A stretch of DNA of 64,000 nucleotides from Lachnospiraceae bacterium (GTDB lineage Bacteria; Bacillota; Clostridia; Lachnospirales; Lachnospiraceae): assembly GCA_045597165.1 (NCBI GenBank), contig JAZODS010000020.1, forward strand, positions 37,281 through 101,280, given 5' to 3'. Position numbers and translations under genes: made by a program. Each line of letters begins with the position of its first letter. Position 1 is the first letter of the stretch. Shown here one piece after another: positions 7,183-17,122 of this stretch. The notes below the pieces were generated by a model. That model saw only the letters and a list, made by a program, of their open reading frames with translations, had not been told where the DNA came from and did not search any database.

Positions 7183-9840
7183 ATGAAAGCTTACGGTGTT
7201 AATGAACTTAGAAAGATGTACCTTGACTTCTTTGAAAGCAAGGACCATCTTATGATGAACAGCTTTTCACTTGTTCCGAAGAACGACAAGAGCTTGTTGC
7301 TGATCAACGCGGGCATGGCTCCGTTGAAGCCTTACTTTACCGGACAGGAGATTCCGCCGAGAAAGCGCGTGACGACATGTCAGAAGTGTATTCGTACCGG
7401 CGATATTGAAAATGTAGGTAAGACAGCTAGACATTTGACGTTCTTTGAGATGCTCGGAAACTTCTCTTTCGGAGATTATTTCAAGAAGGAAGCGCTTGAG
7501 TGGAGCTGGGAGTTCCTTACCCAGGTAATCGGTATGGAAGAGGAGAGATTGTATCCTTCTATCTTTGCCGAGGACGAAGAGGCTTTCAAGATTTGGACTG
7601 ACGTAATCGGAGTTCCCGCTGAGAAGATTACGCGCTTCGGTCGTGATGAGAACGGCAAGAGCGATAACTTCTGGGAGCATGGTGCAGGTCCTTGCGGTCC
7701 TTGCTCCGAGATTTACTATGACCGTGGACTCAAGTACGGTTGCGGCAAGCCGGATTGTAAGGTTGGTTGTGATTGCGACCGCTTTATGGAGGTTTGGAAC
7801 AACGTATTTACGCAGTTTGACGGTGACGGTAAGGGCAATTACGTTGAACTTGAGAATAAGAACATTGATACCGGTATGGGCCTTGAGCGTCTTGCGGTTG
7901 TCATTCAGGACGTGACGAGTGTATTCGATATCGACACGATGAAGGCGATTCGCGATCACGTTTGTCAGATGGCAGGCGCTGAGTATCAGACGGATGAGAA
8001 GAAGGACATTTCCATTCGTTTGATTACAGACCACATTCGTTCCGTAACGTTCATGGCTTCGGATGGTATTTTGCCGTCTAACGAGGGCAGAGGCTACGTA
8101 ATGCGTCGTTTGCTCCGTCGTGCTGCAAGACATGGCAGATTGCTCGGAATCGACGGTTTGTTCCTTGCTAAGCTTTCAGAGACCGTTATTCGTGAGTCGA
8201 AGGACGGTTATCCGGAGCTTCAGGAGAAGAAAGAGCACATTCTTAAGGTGCTCACGATGGAAGAGGAAAAGTTCAATAAGACGATTGATCAAGGCTTGTT
8301 GATTCTTTCTGATATGCAGGCTGCTCTTAAGGAGCAGGGTAAGACGATGCTTTCCGGAGAGGATTGCTTCCGTCTTTATGATACGTATGGTTTCCCGATG
8401 GATTTGACCGAGGAAATTATGGCGGATCAGGGATTTGCGATTGATACCGAAGGCTTTGCGGCTTGTATGCAGAAGCAACGTGAGACCGCAAGAAACGCAA
8501 GAAAGCAGACGAACTATATGGGTGCTGATGCAACGGTTTACGATGAAATCGATCCGGCTATCACTTCTAAGTTTGTTGGCTATGATTGTTTGGAAGCACA
8601 GTCGAATATCACTGTTTTGACGACCGAAACCGAATTGGTCGAGCAGCTCGTTGAGGGACAGAGCGGTACCGTGATTACGGACGTGTCTCCGTTCTACGCA
8701 ACGATGGGTGGTCAGCAGGGAGATAAGGGTATCATTTCGATGAATGGTGCTACCTTCCGCGTAGAGGATACGATCAATCTTAAGGGTGGACGTATCGGAC
8801 ATGTCGGAGTTGTTACGCAGGGTGCCCTTCAGCTTGGCGATTGTGTAACGCTTTCCGTAGATGAGCAGAATCGTAAGCTTACGTGTAAGAACCACAGTGC
8901 GACGCACCTTCTTCAGCGTGCGCTTCGTATGGTACTCGGCAATCACGTTGAGCAGCACGGTTCCAGTGTGTCTGCAGATCGTCTTCGCTTCGACTTCTCG
9001 CATTTTGCTGCGATGACGAAGGAAGAGCTTGCTAAGGTTGAAAGCATCGTAAATGAGGCGATTTCGAACGCTCTGTGCGTTGAGACGAAGGTTATGACCA
9101 TGGATGAGGCGAAGAAGACCGGTGCAATGGCTCTCTTTGGTGAGAAGTATGGTGAGACCGTTCGCGTTGTATGCATGGGTGAGGATTTCAGTAAGGAATT
9201 CTGTGGCGGTACGCACGTTTCCAATACGAGCGATATCGTAACCTTTAGAATATTGAGTGAATCCGGTATTGCAGCCGGTGTACGTCGTATTGAGGCGATT
9301 ACGGCGGATGGCGTATTTGCTTATTATCGTGGCATCGAAGAGCAGTTGATGGATTCCGCTAAGGCGGCAAAGTCCGAGCCGGATAAGTTGGCTGCTAAGA
9401 TTGCTTCCATGCAGGAGGAGCTTCGTGCTTTGTCTGCTGAGAATGAGAAACTGAAGGCGAAGCTTGCAAACAGCTCCCTTTCCGATGTTATGAGCCAGGT
9501 GAAGGATTGTGGTGGCATTTCCGTTCTTGCAACTGCTGTTAAGGACGTAGATATGAACGGCCTTCGCAATCTCGGTGATCAGATGAAGGAGAAGCTCGGC
9601 GAGTGTGCGATTCTCATGGCATCTGTAATCGACGGTAAGGTGAATTTGATTGCTATGGCAACGGATGGTGCTATGCAGAAGGGTGCACATGCCGGTAATT
9701 TGATTAAGGAAGTTGCTTCTCTTGTTGGTGGTGGCGGCGGCGGTCGTCCGAATATGGCTCAGGCAGGCGGTAAGAACCCCGCAGGTGTTGATGCAGCCAT
9801 TGCTAAGGCATATGAGGTTATGGCAAATCAGCTTGCATAA
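7183..9840 (+). CDS. alaS: Alanine--tRNA ligase
   Basis: 885 aa. Class II core FFEMLGNFSFGDYFK, editing domain HSATHLLQ..., C-terminal DHHA1 with GGGGGRPNMAQAGG. Confidence 0.97.
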   Translation: MKAYGVNELRKMYLDFFESKDHLMMNSFSLVPKNDKSLLLINAGMAPLKPYFTGQEIPPRKRVTTCQKCIRTGDIENVGKTARHLTFFEMLGNFSFGDYFKKEALEWSWEFLTQVIGMEEERLYPSIFAEDEEAFKIWTDVIGVPAEKITRFGRDENGKSDNFWEHGAGPCGPCSEIYYDRGLKYGCGKPDCKVGCDCDRFMEVWNNVFTQFDGDGKGNYVELENKNIDTGMGLERLAVVIQDVTSVFDIDTMKAIRDHVCQMAGAEYQTDEKKDISIRLITDHIRSVTFMASDGILPSNEGRGYVMRRLLRRAARHGRLLGIDGLFLAKLSETVIRESKDGYPELQEKKEHILKVLTMEEEKFNKTIDQGLLILSDMQAALKEQGKTMLSGEDCFRLYDTYGFPMDLTEEIMADQGFAIDTEGFAACMQKQRETARNARKQTNYMGADATVYDEIDPAITSKFVGYDCLEAQSNITVLTTETELVEQLVEGQSGTVITDVSPFYATMGGQQGDKGIISMNGATFRVEDTINLKGGRIGHVGVVTQGALQLGDCVTLSVDEQNRKLTCKNHSATHLLQRALRMVLGNHVEQHGSSVSADRLRFDFSHFAAMTKEELAKVESIVNEAISNALCVETKVMTMDEAKKTGAMALFGEKYGETVRVVCMGEDFSKEFCGGTHVSNTSDIVTFRILSESGIAAGVRRIEAITADGVFAYYRGIEEQLMDSAKAAKSEPDKLAAKIASMQEELRALSAENEKLKAKLANSSLSDVMSQVKDCGGISVLATAVKDVDMNGLRNLGDQMKEKLGECAILMASVIDGKVNLIAMATDGAMQKGAHAGNLIKEVASLVGGGGGGRPNMAQAGGKNPAGVDAAIAKAYEVMANQLA

Positions 9841-9883
9841 CGTGAATGTGCATCGTGAGAATAGCCGCTGATGGAATAATTTC

Positions 9884-9910
9884 GTCAATAACGATGAAAA
9901 AGTTATTGAC
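9884..9910 (+). terminator. Perfect 9-bp hairpin after alaS (possible weak terminator or 3' stabiliser)
   Basis: gtcaataac-9 nt-gttattgac. There is no clear U-tract, so function is uncertain. Its 3' arm overlaps the rpsU -35. Confidence 0.35.
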
Positions 9911-9933
9911 AACCTTGAAAATTGTGCTACAAT
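9906..9933 (+). promoter_or_regulatory. Sigma-A promoter for rpsU (extended -10)
   Basis: TTGACA-16 nt-TACAAT with TGc immediately upstream of the -10. Confidence 0.55.
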
Positions 9934-10002
9934 CTATCTAGTGCTATAAAAAGTCCAATCCGGTTGCAGGAGGTGCAACTATAGGGGAGGTAGGTGAGAT
10001 TA

Positions 10003-10179
10003 ATGTCAAATGTTATCGTAAAAGAGAATGAATCATTGGACAGCGCGCTTCGCAGATTCAAGAGAAACTGTGCTAAGGCCGGTATTCAGCAAGAGATTCG
10101 TAAGAGAGAGCATTACGAGAAGCCCAGCGTAAGACGTAAGAAGAAGTCTGAAGCTGCTCGTAAGAGAAAGTATAAGTAA
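10003..10179 (+). CDS. rpsU: 30S ribosomal protein S21
   Basis: [51 protein letters not shown] 12 nt after ggggagg; the ORF track starts at GTG 9994. Confidence 0.95.
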   Translation: MSNVIVKENESLDSALRRFKRNCAKAGIQQEIRKREHYEKPSVRRKKKSEAARKRKYK

Positions 10180-10186
10180 TTTCAGT

Positions 10187-10222
10187 GAGAGACTCGGATA
10201 TAATTCGAGTCTCTTTCTTCTA
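10187..10222 (+). terminator. Intrinsic terminator after rpsU
   Basis: Stem gagagactcg/cgagtctct followed by a T-rich tract. Confidence 0.7.
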
Positions 10223-10294
10223 TATTGCCCTTCCTCGTCATATACATGATTAGCTATCAGCAAAATGCCATACGACAGTCGATGGAGGAATGGG

Positions 10295-10696
10295 ATGAAA
10301 AAGAGTGGGGAGATTCGCGAGCTGTATCGTCATTTTGTTCGCAAAAAACCTTCGAAGCATGCGGAGTTCGAGCAGCGTCAGCAGGTATACCGTGAATTGA
10401 AAGAGCGTGACCGGTCGCGAAGACGTGCGGGAACACCTGCCGGAGAACGAATCATTGAGGAATTGCGACTTCCTCCCGATCTGCTGCGTGGCAACCCGGT
10501 CGTAACGATGTGTGGCAGAGGTAAGCTTGTCATTGAGAATTATAAAAAAATCATACAGTATGACGAGGATATGATACGAGTGTTGACCGGAATCGGAACC
10601 GTTGTTGTGAATGGGTGTCGAATGCATATTACATTTTACTCAGAGGATGTTCTTAAGATTGTAGGGCTGATCAACGGTGTAGAGGTGGTAAAGTGA
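10295..10696 (+). CDS. yqfC: Sporulation protein YqfC (YabP/YqfC family)
   Basis: VVTMCGRGKLVIENYKKIIQYDEDMIRV...VNGCRMHITFYSEDVLKIVGLINGVE. ATG 7 nt after ggagg. yqfC-yqfD-phoH-ybeY synteny as in Bacillus. Confidence 0.8.
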   Translation: MKKSGEIRELYRHFVRKKPSKHAEFEQRQQVYRELKERDRSRRRAGTPAGERIIEELRLPPDLLRGNPVVTMCGRGKLVIENYKKIIQYDEDMIRVLTGIGTVVVNGCRMHITFYSEDVLKIVGLINGVEVVK

Positions 10697-11931
10697 GAAG
10701 ACTGAAAGCATGGCTGATCGGCTATGTCATTGTATGCATTCGCGGAGGTGACATCGCTCGTTTTCTTGCGCTTTTATCGCATCACGGCATACTCGTTACA
10801 AAGACGCTCTCGAAGGAGCAGGGTGTGTTCCTTCAGCTGTCACTCGAGGATTTTCGAAGGATTCGTCCGTTTGTCAGAAAGACGCATGTTCGAGTCCATA
10901 TCTATCGTCGCGTCGGATTTCCATTTTTCATTGATTGGTGCAGAAGACATATCGGTTTTTGTGTCGGCTGCCTTCTATATGTTCTTTTGCTGATGGTGCT
11001 GCAAAGACATGTGTGGCTCATTAATGTGGACGGAAATTATGTCCGCACGGATGAACAGATTATCGATGCGTTAAGAGAGGAAGGCGTATATGTCGGCTGT
11101 CTCATGGGTGAAGTTACGTGCTCCGAACTCGAGGAATACTTGAGGAATACGATGTCGGATATCATATGGGTTTCGTGCGAGAAGGACGGTACAAAGCTTC
11201 GAGTCCATGTAAAGGAAGCGTATCATTATCCGGAACGACAAAGCAGCGACCGCGAGACAGGAGATATTGTAGCAACCGCAGATGGGGTAGTAACCGAGCT
11301 GGTCGTTCGAAGAGGCGTGCCGCTTGTGCGTGTCGGAGATCATGTAAATGCCGGAGATGTGCTTGTGTCTGGCACGCAAATCATTACGGATTCCTATGAC
11401 GTAGAGCTTTCTCGGTCGTATCTTTTAGCGGATGCCGATGTTAAGATTCAGAGTACGGTGACATGGGAGGATGGCTTTTCGCTTACGTATGAGAGCAAGG
11501 AGTATCGTGAAAAAAAGCGAAAAAGGCTTGCAATTACGGCATTTGGCCACGAAATTTTGAAATATAAATCTAGTATTCCGAGCGATAGTTGTGATATAAT
11601 GACTTCGTATGCGGACTTGAAATTATTTTCGCGGCTTTATCTTCCCGTGCGAATTCAGGTGACGTCGTATGAACGCTACGATATCGTTCAGAAGGAGTAT
11701 TCGGAGGAAGAAGCAAGCGCGTTGCTTCGAGAGCACTATATGACGTATCTGGAGAATCTGATTCTCGACGGTTATGAGCTTTTGGAGGAGCGTTTGCAGA
11801 TGACTATCGGTGACGGTGAAGCTCATGCAAATGCGAGCATTAGCGTAAGTCGTTCCGCGTGGGAGTATAAAGACATTGTAATTGAGGAAGACCTATTAGA
11901 AGAGGCTCCAAATGAGACGGAGGACGAATAA
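10693..11931 (+). CDS. yqfD: Sporulation protein YqfD (stage IV sporulation, membrane)
   Basis: N-terminus MRRLKAWLIGYVIVCIRGGDIARFLALLSHHGILV, one TM segment, 412 aa. 4-nt overlap with yqfC. Confidence 0.85.
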   Translation: MRRLKAWLIGYVIVCIRGGDIARFLALLSHHGILVTKTLSKEQGVFLQLSLEDFRRIRPFVRKTHVRVHIYRRVGFPFFIDWCRRHIGFCVGCLLYVLLLMVLQRHVWLINVDGNYVRTDEQIIDALREEGVYVGCLMGEVTCSELEEYLRNTMSDIIWVSCEKDGTKLRVHVKEAYHYPERQSSDRETGDIVATADGVVTELVVRRGVPLVRVGDHVNAGDVLVSGTQIITDSYDVELSRSYLLADADVKIQSTVTWEDGFSLTYESKEYREKKRKRLAITAFGHEILKYKSSIPSDSCDIMTSYADLKLFSRLYLPVRIQVTSYERYDIVQKEYSEEEASALLREHYMTYLENLILDGYELLEERLQMTIGDGEAHANASISVSRSAWEYKDIVIEEDLLEEAPNETEDE

Positions 11932-11934
11932 GGT

Positions 11935-12966
11935 ATGATAGAAACTATGGTGAATATTCCAATTGAGCATCAGAAGAACGTGTTCGGCGAGTTGGATTCG
12001 TTTGCTAAGAAGATTGAGAAGACGCTTCACGTGACTATATTGACGCGTGAAGAGGAGATAAAGCTGATCGGCGAGGAAGGCCCGGTAGAGCGTGCAAAAA
12101 AGGTAATCAACACGCTTGTCGAGCTTTCTAAGCGCGGAAGCGAGATTACAGAGCAAAATGTATTGTACACGCTTTCTCTTGTTATGGAACACAAGGAAGA
12201 GGCGGCGCTTGAGATTGACGCGAGCTTGGTTTGCCACACGATTAGCGGAAAGCCGATTAAGCCGAAGACAATCGGTCAGAAGAACTATGTCGATCAGATT
12301 CGTGAGAAGATGATTGTGTTCGGTGTCGGTCCCGCCGGTACCGGAAAGACGTATTTGGCGATGGCAATGGCGGTTACCGCATTTAAAAATGACGAGGTAA
12401 GTCGTATCATTCTTACGAGACCTGCGATTGAGGCCGGTGAGAAGCTCGGATTTTTGCCGGGTGATCTTCAAAGCAAGGTAGATCCGTACCTCAGACCGTT
12501 GTACGATGCGCTGTATCAGATTATGGGTGCAGAGGCCTTTCAGAGAAATATGGAGAAGGGCTTGATTGAGGTGGCTCCTCTTGCGTATATGCGAGGACGT
12601 ACGTTGGACAATGCATTTATCATTCTGGATGAGGCACAGAATACGACGCCTGCACAGATGAAGATGTTTTTGACACGTATCGGCTTTGGTTCTAAGGTCG
12701 TAATTACGGGTGACCAGACGCAGAAAGACCTTCCTGCGGGACAAGTTTCCGGTTTGGACGTTGCCTATAAGGTGCTCGGCGGCATTGATGAGATCGGTTT
12801 TCCGGAGCTGACGAGTAAGGACGTTGTTCGTCATCCTTTGGTTCAAAAAATCGTACAAGCTTATGAGGACTATGAACAGAAAGATATGAAACGACCGCAT
12901 CCGAATAAGGAGCGTGGTCCGAAAGCAACTTACGGAAAGGGTATCACACATGAACGTCAGCATTGA
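11935..12966 (+). CDS. phoH: PhoH family ATPase (PhoH-like / YbeZ)
   Basis: Walker A GPAGTGKTYLA, ILDEAQN, ITGDQTQ motifs. Confidence 0.93.
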   Translation: MIETMVNIPIEHQKNVFGELDSFAKKIEKTLHVTILTREEEIKLIGEEGPVERAKKVINTLVELSKRGSEITEQNVLYTLSLVMEHKEEAALEIDASLVCHTISGKPIKPKTIGQKNYVDQIREKMIVFGVGPAGTGKTYLAMAMAVTAFKNDEVSRIILTRPAIEAGEKLGFLPGDLQSKVDPYLRPLYDALYQIMGAEAFQRNMEKGLIEVAPLAYMRGRTLDNAFIILDEAQNTTPAQMKMFLTRIGFGSKVVITGDQTQKDLPAGQVSGLDVAYKVLGGIDEIGFPELTSKDVVRHPLVQKIVQAYEDYEQKDMKRPHPNKERGPKATYGKGITHERQH

Positions 12967-13456
12967 TTTAGAAGTGAAATGCACCTTGGAATTCGATTAC
13001 GAGGGCGTAATCAGAGATGTTATCGACGCGGCTTTGCAGTATGTAAAATGCCCGTACGAGAGTAGCGTAAGCGTCCTTCTTACGGACAACGAAGCCATTC
13101 ATGAGCTCAATCTCGAGTATCGTGGTATCGATGCACCGACGGACGTGCTTTCATTTCCTTTGATCGATTACGAAGAGCCGGGCAACTTCGAGCATCTTGA
13201 GGAGGATCCGGAGCTGTATTTCGACCCGGACAGCGGAGAGCTTCAGCTTGGCGACGTTGTCATTTCGCTTGATAAAGTGTATTCTCAGGCAGAGGAATTC
13301 GGACATTCAACAAAACGTGAGCTTGCCTTTTTGGTGGCTCACAGCATGCTTCATCTTTGCGGCTATGACCACATGGAAGAGGCGGAACGTACGCAAATGG
13401 AACAAATGCAGGAGGAGATTTTGTCTCAGCTACAGCTGACACGAGACGCAGAGTAA
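12950..13456 (+). CDS. ybeY: rRNA maturation endoribonuclease YbeY
   Basis: Metal site HSMLHLCGYDHME. Start placed at ATG 12950 (MNVSIDLE), overlapping the phoH end. Confidence 0.93.
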   Translation: MNVSIDLEVKCTLEFDYEGVIRDVIDAALQYVKCPYESSVSVLLTDNEAIHELNLEYRGIDAPTDVLSFPLIDYEEPGNFEHLEEDPELYFDPDSGELQLGDVVISLDKVYSQAEEFGHSTKRELAFLVAHSMLHLCGYDHMEEAERTQMEQMQEEILSQLQLTRDAE

Positions 13457-13462
13457 TCGTTT

Positions 13463-15088
13463 ATGAGTAAAAGCAGTACAAAAAACAGCATATTGCTTCA
13501 GGGCAGCATCTTAGCGGCAGCATCCTTGATTGTACGCTTAATCGGTCTAGTGTATCGCATTCCTTTGAACCGTATTCTCGGCGATGAGGCGATGGGATAC
13601 TATAGTACTGCGTTTGAGTTTTATAATCTTGCCCTTTTGCTTTCTTCGTATAGCTTGCCACTGGCGGTATCCAAGCTCGTAAGCACGAGAGAAATTAAGG
13701 GTCAGCATCGCAATTCCCGAAAGGTATTTTACATTGCGATGGCTTTTGGTGCGTTTGTCGGCGCCATTGCCACTGCGGTTGTATATTTCGGCGCGGATTG
13801 GTATGCAAGACTGAATAAGACGGAGTTGGTTGCCATTCCGCTTCGCGTATTGGCACCTACAATCTTTGTGTTTTCGGTGATGGGCGTAATTCGCGGCTAT
13901 TTTCAGGGACACAACAACATGGTCCCTACCGCATTTTCGCAAGTAATCGAGCAGATTGTAAATGCCGCAGTCAGTATCGGCGCGGCGCTTTACATGGTAA
14001 AGCGTTATGCAAATGACGATGCTTTGGCGGGCTACGGAGCAGCAGGTGGTACGTGGGGTACCTTTATCGGTGCCGTTGCCGCAGCACTTACTCTGTTTGT
14101 TATCTACATGCTACAGCGGCCGCTTTTTAAGAAGCTGTACGATTCGGACGAATCCGGTTATGTGGAAAGCAATCTGACAATCTTACGTATGATTATCATT
14201 ACAGTAGTTCCGGTCATCATCAGCCAGACGGTATATCAGATTTCCGGAACGATTGATGTTACGATCTTTCATCGTATTCTAAGCGACAAGGGCTTTGACA
14301 ATGCGGTTCGTAGCTCTTGGTGGGGTATCTATGGCAACAAGTATAAGCTCCTCACTAACGTTCCGATAGCAATTGCTTCGGCGATGGGAACCGCTATTGT
14401 GCCGGGCTTGATCGGTGAGTATGCGAAGAACAATTTCGATGAGGTTCGTCGTCGTGTAGCATCAGCGGTGAAGTTCAATATGATCTTGGCATTTCCGTGT
14501 GCGGCCGGCTTGACGGTGCTTGCAAGACCGATTTTGCTTCTGTTGTTCGGTGACGGTGCGGCGGTTAGCACAAATATGCTGGTAATCGGTAGTGTCAGTG
14601 TTGTATTTTTTGCATTGTCAACGGTAACGAACGGCATATTGCAAGGAGTGAATCGACTTCATCTTCCGGTGTTGCATTCCGCGGTGGCCTTGGTGTTGCA
14701 TTTGATTTTGCTTGTCCTTTTATTGCTGTTTACGGATTTGAATCCGTATGCGCTTGTAATCTGTAATGTGTTTTTCGCATTTGTTGTGTGCGTTTTGAAC
14801 TGGCGATCCATCGGACGCTGTCTGCAATACAAGCAGGAGGTACGACGTACGTTCCTTTGTCCGTTGATTGCATCCGTTGTGATGGGTGCGGCGGCGTATG
14901 GTGTGCATTTTGCGATGGATCGATTCCTTTCCAACGCAATTGCTACGATTGTTGCAATCGGAGTTGCGGTAATTGTGTACTTCCTTGTATTGATTGCAAT
15001 TCGCGGTGTGAACGAGGAAGAGCTTTATGCGATGCCAAAGGGCAGAGCGATTGTGCGTTTGCTCAAGATGCTTCGAATCCTTCGCTGA
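13463..15088 (+). CDS. MOP-superfamily polysaccharide/lipid II flippase, SpoVB/MurJ-like
   Basis: 541 aa polytopic membrane protein. N-terminus SILLQGSILAAASLIVRLIGLVYRIPLNRILGDEAMGYY is typical of SpoVB-type proteins. Confidence 0.75.
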   Translation: MSKSSTKNSILLQGSILAAASLIVRLIGLVYRIPLNRILGDEAMGYYSTAFEFYNLALLLSSYSLPLAVSKLVSTREIKGQHRNSRKVFYIAMAFGAFVGAIATAVVYFGADWYARLNKTELVAIPLRVLAPTIFVFSVMGVIRGYFQGHNNMVPTAFSQVIEQIVNAAVSIGAALYMVKRYANDDALAGYGAAGGTWGTFIGAVAAALTLFVIYMLQRPLFKKLYDSDESGYVESNLTILRMIIITVVPVIISQTVYQISGTIDVTIFHRILSDKGFDNAVRSSWWGIYGNKYKLLTNVPIAIASAMGTAIVPGLIGEYAKNNFDEVRRRVASAVKFNMILAFPCAAGLTVLARPILLLLFGDGAAVSTNMLVIGSVSVVFFALSTVTNGILQGVNRLHLPVLHSAVALVLHLILLVLLLLFTDLNPYALVICNVFFAFVVCVLNWRSIGRCLQYKQEVRRTFLCPLIASVVMGAAAYGVHFAMDRFLSNAIATIVAIGVAVIVYFLVLIAIRGVNEEELYAMPKGRAIVRLLKMLRILR

Positions 15089-15174
15089 TGAGGTGTGAGG
15101 TATAGATTCTTCCTGTGATGGACATACTATCCATGATAGATGCTAATAAGTTGCATCGTGAATGAAGGAGGTAT

Positions 15175-15831
15175 GTGCATTTGAGACAGTGGAGAATCAC
15201 CGTGTTGTCTGTTGGAGCGGCTGTCGCAGCTTTGGGAATCACGCTTATCGTATTCGCAATGGTTGCGCAAAATCGCATTTCGGACAAGATAGATGGCATA
15301 GAGAAGAAGATTGAGGACGGCATGTCTGATCTATCGGATATGACAGAGATGGCGGAATCGCTGGCCACCACCGTAATGACGGGACAATCCAATGAGCTGA
15401 CAAACGCTTCGACACAGCTGCAGATAAATTTATACGATACCGATGGAAACCTGTTGGAATCTCAGTTGACGATGCTTCCGTCGTATCTGTTGGATGTAGA
15501 ACGCGCAGTGGTCGAGCGTTTTTTTGACCATGTATACGAGGGCTTTGAGGAGTATTCGGGCGTATATCAAGTGAAGGAGGCAAAGGTGGTTTCCTTCTCA
15601 CCGGAGCTGGTTGAGGTGTCAAAGACAGTAGAGCAGATTACGGAAGGGTATTTTGTTCACGTTCTGAATGATACGATTGTTGTGTACTATGCAGACCGCT
15701 CGACGGTATTTGAGGCGACCGGAATCTCGATTCTGAATCTGCCCGAGGAGGATCAGATTCGACTTCGACAGGGCATTTTCGTAGATACGCAAGCAGAGGT
15801 GTTTTCGATTCTCGAGGCGTATACAAGCTGA
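15175..15831 (+). CDS. Hypothetical membrane-anchored protein with a possible BofC-like C-terminal domain
   Basis: One N-terminal TM (ITVLSVGAAVAALGITLIVFAMV). C-terminus VVYYADRSTVFEATGISILNLPEEDQIRLRQGIFVDTQAEVFSILEAYTS. The real start may be TTG 15181. Confidence 0.6.
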   Translation: MHLRQWRITVLSVGAAVAALGITLIVFAMVAQNRISDKIDGIEKKIEDGMSDLSDMTEMAESLATTVMTGQSNELTNASTQLQINLYDTDGNLLESQLTMLPSYLLDVERAVVERFFDHVYEGFEEYSGVYQVKEAKVVSFSPELVEVSKTVEQITEGYFVHVLNDTIVVYYADRSTVFEATGISILNLPEEDQIRLRQGIFVDTQAEVFSILEAYTS

Positions 15832-15869
15832 TTAATTAGAGGTTACTATAGAGAAATGAGGTGAGAGGG

Positions 15870-17114
15870 ATGAGCAATGTATTTGTCATAGGCGGCGGTG
15901 CTTCCGGAATGGTTGCGGCAATCTTTGCGGCGGAGCGAGGTCATGCGGTTACGATTCTTGAGCACAATGACAAGCTTGGAAAGAAGCTGTACGCAACGGG
16001 AAACGGCAAATGCAATCTGACGAACAGCGCATTCCCTCCCGCTTGTTACCGTGGTGGGGAAGAAGACTTTGTTGTGACGGTGCTGGAGGCATTTTCGCCG
16101 GAGGATACGAAGGCATTTTTCCGTCGCATCGGTCTGATGCTAAAGGAGAAGCGCGGCTATTGGTATCCGCAGTCCGAACAGGCCGCTTCCGTTGTATCCG
16201 TGCTTACCTACGAGCTGAGAAGACTTCGTGTGAGGGTGATGACGGACTGTGAAGTGAAGAAGGTAGTTCGACTCTCGAATGAGGCGCCGCATTTTCAGAT
16301 TGAGTACATACATAAAGAAAATGGTGCAAATGCTGCCAAAGCCGACGCGGTGATACTTGCCTGCGGTGGTATGGCGGGACAAAATCTCGGAGCCGGAGAT
16401 TGGGGTTATCGGTTTGCAAAGTCGCTCGGTCATAGCGTTACAAGCCTGACACCGGCGCTCGTTCCGCTTTGTACCGAGGAGCGTTGGGTGCGTTCCGTTT
16501 CGGGCGTACGCTTGGATGTCGGTTTGACAATCGGTAGCGACGATGCGAGCTTGTCGATGAAGGAAAAGGGCGAGATTGTATTTGCGGACTATGGAATCAG
16601 CGGCATTCCGGTTATGCAGCTTAGCCGTTATGCGGCCGATTGGAGGCGCAAGGGACATAACGTGTATGCGAGCATCGATTTGCTGCCGGAGGTATCCGAG
16701 GATGCTTTGTCCGAAATTCTGAATGAGCATCTTTACGGTAATCTGTTCGCCGAAAGAACCGCCGAGGAGGCGCTTTGTGGCATGCTTCCGAAGAAGCTTT
16801 TGTATGCTGTCTTAAAGCTTGCGGGAATCGATCCGATTATGTCTGCAAAGAAGGTTCCTCATAATAAGGTGTCATCGCTTGTTGATACGATGAAGCGGCT
16901 TCGACTTTCCGTTTCGGGCGAGCGTAGCTATGAATTTGCTCAGGTGACAGCCGGCGGAGTATGCCTTGAGGAAGTGGACCCGACGACGTGTGAGTCTCGT
17001 TTGGTGGATGGTCTGTATTTTACGGGCGAGCTTTTGGATGTGGACGGCACCTGCGGCGGTTATAACCTTCAGTGGGCATGGAGCACCGGTGCGATAGCCG
17101 GAAAGAGTGTTTGA
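15870..17114 (+). CDS. HI0933/BaiN-family FAD-dependent oxidoreductase (aminoacetone oxidase family)
   Basis: Dinucleotide fold VFVIGGGASGMVAAIFAAERG, and ...GELLDVDGTCGGYNLQWAWSTG at the C-terminus. Confidence 0.85.
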   Translation: MSNVFVIGGGASGMVAAIFAAERGHAVTILEHNDKLGKKLYATGNGKCNLTNSAFPPACYRGGEEDFVVTVLEAFSPEDTKAFFRRIGLMLKEKRGYWYPQSEQAASVVSVLTYELRRLRVRVMTDCEVKKVVRLSNEAPHFQIEYIHKENGANAAKADAVILACGGMAGQNLGAGDWGYRFAKSLGHSVTSLTPALVPLCTEERWVRSVSGVRLDVGLTIGSDDASLSMKEKGEIVFADYGISGIPVMQLSRYAADWRRKGHNVYASIDLLPEVSEDALSEILNEHLYGNLFAERTAEEALCGMLPKKLLYAVLKLAGIDPIMSAKKVPHNKVSSLVDTMKRLRLSVSGERSYEFAQVTAGGVCLEEVDPTTCESRLVDGLYFTGELLDVDGTCGGYNLQWAWSTGAIAGKSV

Positions 17115-17122
17115 GGTTCTCT

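Noticed and set aside
8176-9912. Very long antisense ORFs opposite real genes. Examples are 578 aa opposite alaS, 443 aa at 3250-4581 opposite polC, 405 aa at 20334-21551 opposite proA, 367 aa at 24945-26048 opposite the aminotransferase and 416 aa at 47179-48429 opposite obg.
   Set aside because: Each is the mirror frame of a gene with unmistakable conserved motifs. Their translations are low-complexity (R/L/S/N-rich) with no recognisable motif and no RBS. This is typical of shadow ORFs.
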